Shown one piece after another: positions 18,850 to 29,115 of a DNA stretch of 64,000 nucleotides (position 1 is the stretch's first letter; every line of letters begins with the position of its first letter). The stretch comes from Hadesarchaea archaeon. GTDB lineage: Archaea; Hadarchaeota; Hadarchaeia; Hadarchaeales; WYZ-LMO6. A model generated the notes under the pieces. It was not told the DNA's origin, searched no databases, and worked only from the letters and a program-made list of their open reading frames with translations. The translations under genes and the position numbers were made by a program. The stretch covers positions 14,875-78,874 of the forward strand of contig JAPDJF010000003.1 in the NCBI GenBank assembly GCA_029259185.1, in the 5' to 3' direction.

Positions 18850-20012
18850 TGAGAAGGGTAGCCTTGGTCGGGGTCGGTCAGACCAAATTCGGAGAGCTGT
18901 GGGACACATCTTTTAGACAGATGATAATCGAGGCTGGGACGAGGGCCATCGAGGATGCGGGGATGGAGGGTGAGAAAATAGGAGCGATGTACGTGGGGAA
19001 CATGTCGGCTGGGCAGTTCATCCATCAGGAGCACATAGCCTCCCTCATAGCCGATCACTCAGGACTAGCACCCATCCCTTGCACGAGGATCGAGGCTGCG
19101 TGTGCTTCGGGGGGGCTGGCGTTACGGGAGGCGATGATTGCAGTTGGCTCTGGGATTCATGATATCGTGGTCGCCGCTGGAATAGAGAAGATGACCGATG
19201 TGATTGCGGAACAGAGTCTCGAAGCACTAGCCACGGTTTCTGATCAAGAGTGGGAAGCTTTCGTTGGTGCGACATTTCCGGCCCTTTTCGCCCTGATGGC
19301 CCGCAGGCACATGCACGAATTTGGGACCACGGAGGAACAGATGGCGTTGGTAGCAGTGAAGAATCACCATAACGCTCGTCTCAACGCATACGCTCAGCAT
19401 CACATCGAGATAACCGTTGACCAAGTTCTGCAGTCGCCGCCCATATGCTCACCATTGAAAATGCTCGAATGCGCATCGATCACCGATGGTGCCGCGTGCG
19501 TGATCCTTGCCCCGTTGGAGGAGGCGAGGAAGTACACGGATACTCCCATAGAGATAGTGGGAGCAGGACAGGCTAGCGATACCATAGCACTCCATGATCG
19601 TCAATCGCTCGTGAACCTTCGCTCAACCCGTGAGGCAGCTAAGGCAGCCTACCAAATGGCGGGCTTGCGCCCGGAGGACGTAGATCTGGCTGAGGTACAG
19701 GATAGTACCACCATCTCAGAGATAATAGCTATCGAAGACCTTGGTTTTTGCAAGAAGGGTGAAGGAGGGAAGGTCACCGAGGACGGCATGACAGCCATAG
19801 ATGGAGCACTTCCCATAAATCCAAGCGGAGGTTTGAAGGGGAAGGGCCATCCCATAGGGGCTACCGGCATATCCCAGGCGGTTGAAATAGCACTTCAGCT
19901 CCGGGGGGAAGCGGGAAAGAGGCAGGTGAAGAATGCTGAGATAGGGTTGACCCACAACATAGGTGGAAGTGGGGGGACGGCAGTAGTTCACATATTCAGG
20001 AGGCAAGATTAA
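18849..20012 (+). CDS. Acetyl-CoA C-acetyltransferase (thiolase).
   Basis: [21 protein letters not shown] and a C-terminal GHPIGATG motif. 1-nt overlap with HMGCS. Confidence 0.85.
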   Translation: MRRVALVGVGQTKFGELWDTSFRQMIIEAGTRAIEDAGMEGEKIGAMYVGNMSAGQFIHQEHIASLIADHSGLAPIPCTRIEAACASGGLALREAMIAVGSGIHDIVVAAGIEKMTDVIAEQSLEALATVSDQEWEAFVGATFPALFALMARRHMHEFGTTEEQMALVAVKNHHNARLNAYAQHHIEITVDQVLQSPPICSPLKMLECASITDGAACVILAPLEEARKYTDTPIEIVGAGQASDTIALHDRQSLVNLRSTREAAKAAYQMAGLRPEDVDLAEVQDSTTISEIIAIEDLGFCKKGEGGKVTEDGMTAIDGALPINPSGGLKGKGHPIGATGISQAVEIALQLRGEAGKRQVKNAEIGLTHNIGGSGGTAVVHIFRRQD

Positions 20013-20428
20013 TGCACGTACCACGTTTCTGGAGGGAGATACCGAACCGGTACAATCTGATAGGGACCAAATGTAATCACTGTAACAAGGTGTTTTTCCC
20101 GCCTAGAGCCATATGTCCGAATTGTAGAAGGGTGGGGAATCTAGAACCGTGCAAGCTTGAGGGGAAGGGAAAGGTTCTCTCCTTTACGGTGGTACATGTT
20201 GCCCCTCAAGACTTCAAGGACCAAGTCCCCTACGTGTTAGCCATAATCGAGCTCAAGGAGGGGCCGAAGCTCATGGCTCAGGTCACCGATTGTGATCCCG
20301 ATGAGGTGGAAATCGGAGCCGAAGTCGAAATAACCTTCAGGAGGATAAAGGAGGATAGCGAGGAGGGAATAATCCACTACGGACCCAAAGCCAAACTCTT
20401 GAGGTCTAAACCCTCCGAGCAAACGTGA
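20012..20428 (+). CDS. DUF35 OB-fold/zinc-ribbon protein (scaffold of the thiolase/HMGCS complex).
   Basis: CNHCNKVFFPPRAICPNCRR zinc ribbon followed by an OB fold. Adjacent to the thiolase. Confidence 0.75.
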   Translation: MHVPRFWREIPNRYNLIGTKCNHCNKVFFPPRAICPNCRRVGNLEPCKLEGKGKVLSFTVVHVAPQDFKDQVPYVLAIIELKEGPKLMAQVTDCDPDEVEIGAEVEITFRRIKEDSEEGIIHYGPKAKLLRSKPSEQT

Positions 20429-21164
20429 GATACCCCGTGTGGGCTACCATTCTTGTCTTGGGTCTTGTAGCTCCCGGTTTTACTTCGAATTCTCTGACCA
20501 AGCATTCGATCGTTTTGAGGTTCGTGAATTTGTATGCGGGGAACTCGGAGTAAAGACGTTGAACGTGTTCGATGCAGGGGGTAAAGGCAGCTAGGTATCC
20601 ACCCGGCTTTAAGGCCACCTCAGCATGAGGTAGCACCTTTTCAGGAGTTGGGATGTCGAGGGTTACTAAGTCGAGGTCCTCCTCCTCTATACCCTCACAT
20701 ATGTCTTTAAGCTTGATCTCGATGATCTTCTCGAGCCCTGCCATACGTACATTCTCCATCGCGACACGGGCGAAGTCTTCCCTCACTTCGTAGCTCACCA
20801 CCCTACCCCCGGGTTTTACGAGGTTTCCCAGAAAAATAGCCAATGAGCCCGAACCCGTTCCCCCATCCACCACTCTGTCTCCCGGTCCAACTCCTGTGTA
20901 TGCCACTATCTGGGCAGCGTCTTTGGGGAGCACTATTTGGGGCAGCCTGCGTATCTTTTGCAAGATGTCACTCATCCTAGGCTGAAGGACCGTGAATTCT
21001 CTTCCCATATGGGACTTCAGCTTGTCACCGAACGGGATCCCTATCGCGCTACCTAGGTCCACGACTCCAAGATCCGTGTGGATGGGTTTCCTAGTTGCGC
21101 GCACCAAGTACTTTCTCCCCAGTTCATCGATCAAGAGAATGCGTTGACCTTCCGTAACCCGCAT
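20406..21164 (-). CDS. trmI: tRNA (adenine57/58-N1)-methyltransferase TrmI.
   Basis: Class I MTase motif VVDGGTGSGSLA, with N- and C-terminal TrmI-like domains. Confidence 0.7.
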   Translation of the reverse strand: MRVTEGQRILLIDELGRKYLVRATRKPIHTDLGVVDLGSAIGIPFGDKLKSHMGREFTVLQPRMSDILQKIRRLPQIVLPKDAAQIVAYTGVGPGDRVVDGGTGSGSLAIFLGNLVKPGGRVVSYEVREDFARVAMENVRMAGLEKIIEIKLKDICEGIEEEDLDLVTLDIPTPEKVLPHAEVALKPGGYLAAFTPCIEHVQRLYSEFPAYKFTNLKTIECLVREFEVKPGATRPKTRMVAHTGYLTFARRV

Positions 21165-21213
21165 AGTTCTTTCATTTATTAACTCCGTTTACATTTAAAA
21201 ATGGACAAAGGGG

Positions 21214-22098
21214 ATGGGGTTGGATCTTACCCGACATCTCAAAGAGTGGAGTCCGCGCAGGATGGCACTTATCCCGCTAGCGATAGCCCTCTTTTTCTCG
21301 TGTAGCCTTTTGGTTTTCAACATCCCGCTGGGGAGGGACTTCAGAGGAGGAACACTGATTCAAGTGAGGGGACTCGAGACCGCTCCGTCCGTTGAGAACA
21401 TCCAGTTATTGGCGAGCCACTTGCTCGGAGCGAGCGTTGAGGTTCAACTCACCGAGTACGGGGGGACATTCGGTGTTGATATCGAGGCAGACAATCGTGA
21501 TCTCTCCGATGGGGTGAGGGAAGAGCTTGAGAACGCTCTCGCGAATACATTGGGGATAAGTGCGGATAAGGTTGGTGTGTACAACATGGGATCCGTGTTG
21601 ACAGAAATCTCGAAGGGTCAAGCAAAGAACGCGATAATCGCGGCCTCTATCGCTATGGCGATTATCGTGTTCATTAACTTTAGGAGGGGCGTGCTTGTGA
21701 GTTCCATGCTCGTGTCCATAGGGTTGGACGCGTTGGATGCCCTCGGTTGTATGGCGATTTTTGGTGTACCGCTGAGCATAGCATCTGTTGCTGGATTCTT
21801 GATGCTCATAGGATACTCTGTGGACACGAACGTTCTGTTGGTAACTCAAGTCGAGCGGGGAATCTCCGGAACGCCGAGAGAGCAGGCGGCCTCAGCGATG
21901 AAAACAGGTCTAACGATGAGCATCACCACACTGACGGTTCTCATCGCACTGAACATTCTGACTACCTCCCCCACCATCGCGGAACTGACATACGTTTTGA
22001 TCTTCGGGGTGATATTCGATATCATCAACACTTGGTTCTTCAATGCGAGTGTTGTCATCTCAAGAAAGAAGAGGAGGGAAATACCTGTTGCTCTCTAA
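21214..22098 (+). CDS. secF: Protein-export membrane protein SecF.
   Basis: SecD/F-family TM topology. Followed by secD. Confidence 0.7.
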   Translation: MGLDLTRHLKEWSPRRMALIPLAIALFFSCSLLVFNIPLGRDFRGGTLIQVRGLETAPSVENIQLLASHLLGASVEVQLTEYGGTFGVDIEADNRDLSDGVREELENALANTLGISADKVGVYNMGSVLTEISKGQAKNAIIAASIAMAIIVFINFRRGVLVSSMLVSIGLDALDALGCMAIFGVPLSIASVAGFLMLIGYSVDTNVLLVTQVERGISGTPREQAASAMKTGLTMSITTLTVLIALNILTTSPTIAELTYVLIFGVIFDIINTWFFNASVVISRKKRREIPVAL

Positions 22099-23935
22099 AG
22101 ACAAATACGTGCTCCTCACCCTGTTTTTGGTAGTCCTCTCTACACTCTCGATCTGGAGACCATGGGTACCCGTGGACGAGAGAGCAGAAAACACGATGGG
22201 GGTGGTGAGTCACTTCACCCGGGGGCTGAATTTCGGTGTAGATATAGTTGGTGGCTCTAGGATAATCCTAGCTCTAGAGGCATCCCACCTCACCATACAT
22301 CTCCCCCCAGATGACCCTGAAAACAAGTATCGAAAGGTGTGTGAACTGCTTGAGGATCGCCTCTTCACCAGGGTTCTGCCCGTAGACGCAGAAGGAAAGC
22401 TAATTTCTTCTGGTCTCCCCTACGATCCCGTGACGAACATCGCTATCATTGAAATAGGTCTGCCAGCCACAGGAGGCGTGTTGAGTTCGATCGAGAACCT
22501 AATAGGTGATCTCGTTGAGATAGTGAAAATCGAAAACGCGGTGTGCGGTGATACCCGTGACGAGGTGATAGAAATCCTGAAGAACCGGGTGGATCCCACC
22601 GGCACGCGCGGGGCCGTGTTGAAGTCATTGGGTGCGAACCTCGTTCTCTACGAGATTCCGGAACTCACTCCTCAGGAGGCTGAAGTCCTGCTGGGTAGAC
22701 GGGGGGAACTCGAGATATTCTTTGAAAACCAACGAGTGCTCCAAGGTGGTGATATAATCAGAGTGGATCCCCCCCATCCGAGTCTGGAGAAGACCAACAC
22801 GGTGGAACTCCCGTTCAGACTAACCGATGATGGTGCTGAAAGGTTCAGGAATGCGGCGGCGGGAAAACCTAATTATCCCACCGTGGTGTACGTCGACCGC
22901 CCCAAGGATGGAGTGATTCTCTTCGACGAATCCATTCTAGATCACCTCCACCGCTTCACCTATGATTCTTCTGCTTACATGTTTAAGGCCACGGGGATGC
23001 CTTCGGAGGGTGGTGGATATTATCTCCAAGTTCCAGCGGTTGGAACTCCGAAGGATGCTCTCTCAACCGATGCATTACGATTTCTGGAAGCTCAATCGGG
23101 GATCAAACTCAGAATCCTCTTAATCGGAGAATTCTCCCAGCGGGTGATAGGAAGCATTCCAAAGGGGTACTCGGTAGAGAACGTGGCGAGACTTACGGAG
23201 GTCGAGGATTGGATAAAGCAAGCGTGCGGATGTGAGAGCGTGATTACCATCAGCCCGGCGCTTGCTCAAGAGTTTGCAGAGGGAAAGGTGGTCAGAGACC
23301 TTGAGATAACCATCACGAGAGCATCGGTTGAGGAAGCGATGCGAGAAGCCAAAAACTTGAGAACAATTCTGACTCAGACCCTTCCGGTAAGTATCTCTAT
23401 CGAAGGAGAAACAGCGATAGAACCGAGGTTGGGGTCCATGTTCTTTAAGGAGATCGTGTGGGCGGGGATCATATCCCTTGTCGGGGTGGGACTAGTTATT
23501 TATCTCCGGTACAGGTGGTTGAGGATAAGCTTGGCCATCATGGGGGCGATGATATGTGAGCTCATCATCACCTTGGGTATAGCCTCCGTTCTTCCTTATA
23601 ACATGGATCTCGCGGAGCTTGGAGGAGTAATATTGGTAATAGGTACGGGTGTCGATTCACAGATAATCATTACGGACGAGCTAATGCGTGAAATGATTCC
23701 GTTCGTGAGACGGCCGAGCATGACCGAGCGAATAAAGAGGGCGTTCAGGGTGATATGGGGTTCCGCTTTGACCACGCTCGTGGCGATGATAGCGTTAGCC
23801 ACCCTTGGTTTCGGAGCGATGCGTGGGTTCGCCATCATCACTTTGCTCGGTATACTCGTCTCGGTGCTTATCACGAGACCATTTTATGCTAGGGTCGCGA
23901 GCAATATTATACCCGGAAAATCAAGTATGGGGTGA
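22043..23935 (+). CDS. secD: Protein-export membrane protein SecD.
   Basis: Large periplasmic domain plus a C-terminal 6-TM SecD/F domain. The true start is probably an internal TTG/ATG near 22090-22200. Confidence 0.7.
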   Translation: MRVLSSQERRGGKYLLLSKDKYVLLTLFLVVLSTLSIWRPWVPVDERAENTMGVVSHFTRGLNFGVDIVGGSRIILALEASHLTIHLPPDDPENKYRKVCELLEDRLFTRVLPVDAEGKLISSGLPYDPVTNIAIIEIGLPATGGVLSSIENLIGDLVEIVKIENAVCGDTRDEVIEILKNRVDPTGTRGAVLKSLGANLVLYEIPELTPQEAEVLLGRRGELEIFFENQRVLQGGDIIRVDPPHPSLEKTNTVELPFRLTDDGAERFRNAAAGKPNYPTVVYVDRPKDGVILFDESILDHLHRFTYDSSAYMFKATGMPSEGGGYYLQVPAVGTPKDALSTDALRFLEAQSGIKLRILLIGEFSQRVIGSIPKGYSVENVARLTEVEDWIKQACGCESVITISPALAQEFAEGKVVRDLEITITRASVEEAMREAKNLRTILTQTLPVSISIEGETAIEPRLGSMFFKEIVWAGIISLVGVGLVIYLRYRWLRISLAIMGAMICELIITLGIASVLPYNMDLAELGGVILVIGTGVDSQIIITDELMREMIPFVRRPSMTERIKRAFRVIWGSALTTLVAMIALATLGFGAMRGFAIITLLGILVSVLITRPFYARVASNIIPGKSSMG

Positions 23936-23939
23936 GAGA

Positions 23940-24761
23940 ATGATCAGGGTGTCCCTGTGTGGGGCGTGTGGGCGGATGGGTAAAACCATAGTTCAAAAGA
24001 TATCGAAACAAGAGGACATGAAGCTCGTGGCAGCGATCGATGCACCCCACACACCGTTGAAGGGAAAGGATGTAGGTGAGGTCGCAGGGGTGGGTAGGCT
24101 CGGGGTTGAAGTGGTGGGGGCGGATGAACTTGAGAGAGTCTTGGCGGAGACGAAGCCCGATGTGCTCGTGGACTTTACGATGGCAGAAGCAGCCGTTAGC
24201 AACATCAAAACGGCAGCCAAACTCAAGGTTCCAATCGTCGTTGGGACTACCGGGTTCTCGACGGGACAGATGGAAGAGATCCGGAGTGTTGTTAGGAATG
24301 CCAACATCCCTGCTTTGCTCGCTCCGAACATGTCCGTAGGTGTTAATGTCTTCTTTAAAATCCTCAGCGAGATGGCAAGGATTTTGGGAAAGGATTACGA
24401 TGTGGAGGTGGTGGAGATCCATCACCGTGGTAAACTCGATTCTCCAAGCGGTACGGCACTCAAAGCGGCGAAGATCGTGGCGGAGGAGTTCGGACGCGGC
24501 GAAGGAGCCGTGAAGATTGGAAGGTCCGCTGGAAAATCGAAGAGGGGTGGGGAGGTGTGTATTCATTCGATTCGGGTAGGAGACGTGGTGGGTGAACACA
24601 CAGCGATATTTGCCGGACCAGGTGAGAGAATGGAGCTTACCCACCGGGCACACAGCAGGGAAGCCTTCGCGGAAGGGGTGATAAAAGCCATCCGGTTCTT
24701 AGTGAAGGAGGGGAAACCTGGGGCGATCCTTGGTATGGAAAACGTGTTGGGTCTGAAGTAG
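23940..24761 (+). CDS. dapB: 4-hydroxy-tetrahydrodipicolinate reductase.
   Basis: MIRVSLCGACGRMG Rossmann N-terminus. HHRGKLDSPSGTA motif. Confidence 0.8.
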   Translation: MIRVSLCGACGRMGKTIVQKISKQEDMKLVAAIDAPHTPLKGKDVGEVAGVGRLGVEVVGADELERVLAETKPDVLVDFTMAEAAVSNIKTAAKLKVPIVVGTTGFSTGQMEEIRSVVRNANIPALLAPNMSVGVNVFFKILSEMARILGKDYDVEVVEIHHRGKLDSPSGTALKAAKIVAEEFGRGEGAVKIGRSAGKSKRGGEVCIHSIRVGDVVGEHTAIFAGPGERMELTHRAHSREAFAEGVIKAIRFLVKEGKPGAILGMENVLGLK

Positions 24762-24769
24762 GTGATCGG

Positions 24770-24979
24770 ATGCCTAACTGTATCCTTTGCGAGCATCTCA
24801 TGATTGATGGTGATGAGTATCTCTGTAAGGTGAAAGGAAAGCTCGACCTCCCGACTTGGCTTCTCCATCGATTTTCACCTTGTTGCGGCTGGAGCAGGTG
24901 TTCATCCTTTGATTATCTCCTCTTTTTGGAGATGGGGAAGATAGGAAAGGGGTGCACGAGTTTCAAGCGGAAGCACTAA
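24770..24979 (+). CDS. Small Cys-rich hypothetical protein (69 aa).
   Basis: ORF directly after dapB with CILCEH...YLCK...SPCCGW. Coding status uncertain. Confidence 0.25.
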   Translation: MPNCILCEHLMIDGDEYLCKVKGKLDLPTWLLHRFSPCCGWSRCSSFDYLLFLEMGKIGKGCTSFKRKH

Positions 24980-25163
24980 GATGTGCCGGGTCTGTGGTAA
25001 GGACATTTTATCCCCCTCTTGCAAAATCTACATTTCTCTGGGGGCGGGGGGGAGGGGAGAGGTTTTACCATGCGTCCGTACTTCCTCCGGGGCATAGGGG
25101 CACGCAAATCAATTAATGCATCAACACATAAAAAGTTCCGCGACGAGTAGGAAAAGGAAACCG

Positions 25164-26294
25164 ATGAGGATTCCCGTCGGAATACTCGGTGCTACGGGCG
25201 AAGTGGGGCAGAAATTCGTGCTCAACCTGCAGGAGCATCCTTGGTTCGAGATAGTGGGTTTGTACGCCTCCAAGCGGTCTGCAGGAAGGACCTATGGGAA
25301 GGCTTTGAATTATGGGGAAGAGACCTCTAGGTGGTTCTGTGCAGGGGAGCCCAAGCGGGATATATTGGATATCCAGGTTGGCAATGTGGACGAACCGGAT
25401 GAGGGTATAGATCTATTCTTTTCTGCCCTGCCTTCGGAGGCTGCGTTGGACGTAGAAGGGAAAATCGCGAAAAAAAAACCCGTGATCAGTACGGCCTCTG
25501 CGTACAGATACTTTGACGATAGCTTCGTGTTCCTTCCCGGGGTTAACGAGTCCCATGCCGGGATGATAAAGATCCAACGAGAAAGGAGAGGGTGGAAAGG
25601 TTTCGTAGTGCCCCAGCCGAATTGTACTACGATAGGACTCGCTATGTCCCTCAAGCCCATATATGCAGACTTTGGGCTCCGGCGAGTTATCATGGTGTCC
25701 ATGCAGGCGGTTTCCGGAGCGGGATACGAGGCGGTGGGTAAGTGGGCGGAGCAAAGAAAGATTCAGGGAATCGAGCTTCCCCGGCCGCTAGAGGAGTTCA
25801 TCCCCAACACCTTCGAGGGGAATGTTATCCCTCATATACCAAAAGAGGAGGAGAAGGTAAAGCGTGAAACTCTGAAGCTCCTCGGGGAGTTCGATGGGGA
25901 GAGGATAAAGCAAGCGAGCTTTCAGATAGCTTGTAAATGCAATCGCGTCCCCGTGCTTGAGGGGCACACGGAATCCGTGTTCATCGAGACCGAGAGGAAG
26001 TGTGGTGTGAACGAGCTGAAGGAGAGCTGGAGAAAATACCGGGGTGAGGCTCAGAGACTGAACCTCCCTTCCGCTTCTCCTCATCCGATTGTGGTCAAAG
26101 ATGAAGTCGATAGGCCCCAACCGAGATTCGATGCCAACACAGAGGGTGGGATGTGTGTAGTCATCGGTGGGGTCGAAAGCAACGTTTTCGAAAATGGCTT
26201 CCAGTACACCGTGCTTTCACACAACACAGAACTTGGTGCGGCGAAGGGGGCTGTGCTGGCTGCGGAGTATTTGCTCAAAACAGGATGGATCTAA
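25164..26294 (+). CDS. asd: Aspartate-semialdehyde dehydrogenase.
   Basis: MRIPVGILGATGEVGQ. Catalytic Cys region (PNCTTIGLAM). Length about 377 aa. Confidence 0.85.
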   Translation: MRIPVGILGATGEVGQKFVLNLQEHPWFEIVGLYASKRSAGRTYGKALNYGEETSRWFCAGEPKRDILDIQVGNVDEPDEGIDLFFSALPSEAALDVEGKIAKKKPVISTASAYRYFDDSFVFLPGVNESHAGMIKIQRERRGWKGFVVPQPNCTTIGLAMSLKPIYADFGLRRVIMVSMQAVSGAGYEAVGKWAEQRKIQGIELPRPLEEFIPNTFEGNVIPHIPKEEEKVKRETLKLLGEFDGERIKQASFQIACKCNRVPVLEGHTESVFIETERKCGVNELKESWRKYRGEAQRLNLPSASPHPIVVKDEVDRPQPRFDANTEGGMCVVIGGVESNVFENGFQYTVLSHNTELGAAKGAVLAAEYLLKTGWI

Positions 26295-26366
26295 GACCAT
26301 ACTGGATTTAGAACATCTCAATAGCTTTTGAAAGCATCTCCTGGACTCAAGACCAGATGTCTAGGA

Positions 26367-26525
26367 TGGTAGCGGGGGCTGGACTTGAACCAGCGACTTC
26401 CGGCACCCACGTTTTGCGCGGGCGTCTCCGGGTCTCGCAGAGGTTTGGGTTCTCCTATGAGCCCGGCGGGCACTCCACGCTGCCTTGGGGGCAGAGTAGG
26501 TGCTCTACTTCTGCTCTACCCCGCT
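26367..26525 (-). tRNA. tRNA-like gene with encoded 3' CCA. Too long (about 159 nt) for an intron-less tRNA; probably intron-containing; identity unresolved (possibly a CCA anticodon, Trp).
   Basis: Minus-strand 3' end ...GCTGG-TTCAAGT-CCAGC-CCCCGCT-A-CCA forms a canonical T-arm plus the acceptor 3' strand. The matching 5' strand AGCGGGG lies 150 nt upstream. Two internal hairpins carry CCCAA loops. Confidence 0.4.
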
Positions 26526-26642
26526 ACAATAACTCCCCGCTACCGTAGGTTGGTTTTACTTCTCGGGATAAATGATTTACGTATCCACCTCAGGCTCCCT
26601 AAGGGCATCTCCACTTAAATAACTGGAAGAGAGACTGAGCTT

Positions 26643-27563
26643 GTGGAAACCGTAGTGTATCTTTGTATCCTCTTGGCTAGCATCGCGCTGATCTGGAGAG
26701 CTGGAGATATTTTTGTAGATTCTGCTTGTGAGATCGCGCGTGGGTTGGGGATCTCCCGTGCTGTTGTTGGCTTGACGCTCGTAAGCTTCGCCACGACCGC
26801 CCCCGAGTTCGCTACTTCGACGATAGCAACAGCAACGGGAAGCGTGGGGATGGCCTATGGGAATGCCGTGGGGTCGGTCATCACGAACATGGGGCTCATC
26901 CTCGCTTTGGCCACCATTCTGTCAACGATAAAGATTGAAAAGGGAAGCTCGAAATGGGGGGGAACGATGTTGGGGTTAGGAATCATGGCCGTTTTCATGA
27001 CGCTGGATTTCGAACTCGCCCGCATTGAAGCGTCCCTGTTGTTTTTGGTTACCCTGTTGTTCCTGCTCGTCGTGTCGGTGAAAAACAGTGGGGGTGGAGG
27101 TGGGAGAGAAAAGGTTTACCTTCCAAAGGTATTTTCACTATTCGTCTTAGGCGCCGCTGGAGTCGTGGTGGGGAGCAGGCTACTCGTCTTTTCGGGGGTC
27201 GAACTCGCATCCTCCTTGGGGGTATCAGAGGCCGTGATAGGGTTCACGCTCATCGCGTTCGGAACCTCCGTCCCAGAGTTGACTACAGCTTTGATCTCCG
27301 TCTCGAAGAAGGTTCCCGAGCTATCGCTCGGAAACATCTTGGGGGCGAATATAATGGATTTGGGATGGGTACTTGGGGTGGCAGGGATCATAAGTCCACT
27401 TACCGTTGAATCAAACACTTTAGCGTTTGGAAACTCAGTAATGCTTTTGGCCATGGTTATCCTGCTTGTCTCTCTCACACGAAACAAACGATTGGGACGT
27501 CTCACCGGGTGCATGCTATTGGGATTGTACGGGATTTATCTGCTCGGGATGATTATTCTGTAG
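26643..27563 (+). CDS. Ca2+/cation antiporter (CaCA family, YrbG-like), 10 TM.
   Basis: Two alpha-repeat motifs (GLT..SFATTAPE and FGTSVPELTT). Confidence 0.7.
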   Translation: METVVYLCILLASIALIWRAGDIFVDSACEIARGLGISRAVVGLTLVSFATTAPEFATSTIATATGSVGMAYGNAVGSVITNMGLILALATILSTIKIEKGSSKWGGTMLGLGIMAVFMTLDFELARIEASLLFLVTLLFLLVVSVKNSGGGGGREKVYLPKVFSLFVLGAAGVVVGSRLLVFSGVELASSLGVSEAVIGFTLIAFGTSVPELTTALISVSKKVPELSLGNILGANIMDLGWVLGVAGIISPLTVESNTLAFGNSVMLLAMVILLVSLTRNKRLGRLTGCMLLGLYGIYLLGMIIL

Positions 27564-27579
27564 TCTTTCTCCGAATCTG

Positions 27580-27625
27580 TAATGTACAAAAGTGTACTAC
27601 AAAGTATTAAAAAGTACAACAAAGA
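27580..27625 (+). promoter_or_regulatory. TRP-box-like motifs (TGTACA, TGTACT, AGTACA) upstream of trpE.
   Basis: ...aatgTGTACAaaagTGTACTacaaagtattaaaaAGTACAac... lies immediately 5' of the trp operon. TGTACA is the TrpY operator motif described in Methanothermobacter. Confidence 0.35.
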
Positions 27626-27646
27626 AAGAAAAGGAGATGAGGGGAC

Positions 27647-29115
27647 TGGGAGAGAGCACGACCGTAGACATGGTAAAAGCGATGGTGGATGAGCTTGAGA
27701 GACCTTGTATAGTTCCCATGATAGCACGCGTCCAAGGGTACAAGGATCCAGCTAAGGTATACTTTAGCGTCCGTAGGAGATCCTCTGTCTCCTATCTGCT
27801 TGAGTCAGCGGAGATAGCTGGAGGGACCGCCCGTTATTCCGTCATAGGATATGATCCTCTGTTACATCTCAAAGTCAAGGGGAAAAGATACTTACTCGAA
27901 GGGAGAAAGGAGCTGGCAGATATGGGGAGCAAGAGGGGGGTGGGGGGGGACGCGCTGGAGGTTCTGAAAAGGATGTTTCTTTTCGATGAACTCGAGGTGC
28001 CGAGACTGAAGCCGGGGTACTTGGTGTCCGCGGTCGGATACGTGGGATATGACTACGTGCGTTCTTTCTTGGACCTGGGGGGACGAGCTAAAGACGATTT
28101 GGGGCAACCCGAGCTAGAGTTTTCGCTCCCCGGCAAAGTGATCGTCTTCGATCACGCGCGTGGGGAGACCATCTACTGTGTGAACACACTCCTTTCGGAG
28201 AACTCCGATTTCCAAGAAGTCTGTCACAGGGGAAAGATCGTATTGAAGGAAATGATGAAGGTGGGTGAAATTGAACCTCAAGAGAAAAGGAGGAAGATCA
28301 GGGTGAGGTCTAACCTCACGGCGAGAGAGTTTGGGAGAGCAGTAGAAATAGCCAAGCAGTACATCCACGAGGGAGATGTCATCCAAGTTGTACTCTCCAG
28401 GAGGATTGAGCTAGATCCCGCACCCCCTCTCGAATCGTTTTACGTTAACCTGCGCAGGATAAATCCTTCTCCGTACATGTTTTTCCTCGATTTTCCTGAG
28501 CGAAGCGTGATAGGATCCAGTCCTGAGGTTCAGGTGAAGCTGGATGGAGAGAGGGTAACGGTTCGCCCTATAGCGGGGACGAGGAGAAGGGGGGCGAATC
28601 CAAGCGAGGATGGAAGGCTGGAGCGGGAACTCCTGATGGATGAAAAAGAGAGAGCGGAGCACGTGATGCTCGTCGATCTCGCGAGGAACGATGTGGGGAA
28701 GATATCAAGGTTTGGTTCCGTGAAGGTTACGGAGTTCATGAGGGTGGAGAAGTACAGCCATGTCCAGCACCTAGTTTCGAACGTTGTAGGAGAACTCTCG
28801 CCGGGGAGAGACGCTTTTGACGCTTTTAAAGCGACCTTTCCGGCCGGGACCGTTACGGGTGCCCCAAAGGTCAGGGCAATGGAAATAATCGAAGAGCTTG
28901 AGGGAACGCAGAGGGGAATCTATGCCGGTGCTGTGGGCTCCTTCAGTTATATAGGGGACATGGACTTCGCCATAGCTATCAGAACTTTGATCGCGGAGCG
29001 AGGGAGGGGATACGTACAAGTTGGTGCGGGTGTGGTCGCGGACTCAGTTGGGTGGAAAGAGCACTATGAAACGAAAAATAAGGCCAAAGCATTGCTCCGT
29101 GCGGCGGGGATCTAG
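27647..29115 (+). CDS. trpE: Anthranilate synthase component I.
   Basis: LLESAE...RYS N-terminal block and a C-terminal chorismate-binding domain (GAVGSFSYIGDMD). Start uncertain; the track calls 27592. Confidence 0.85.
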
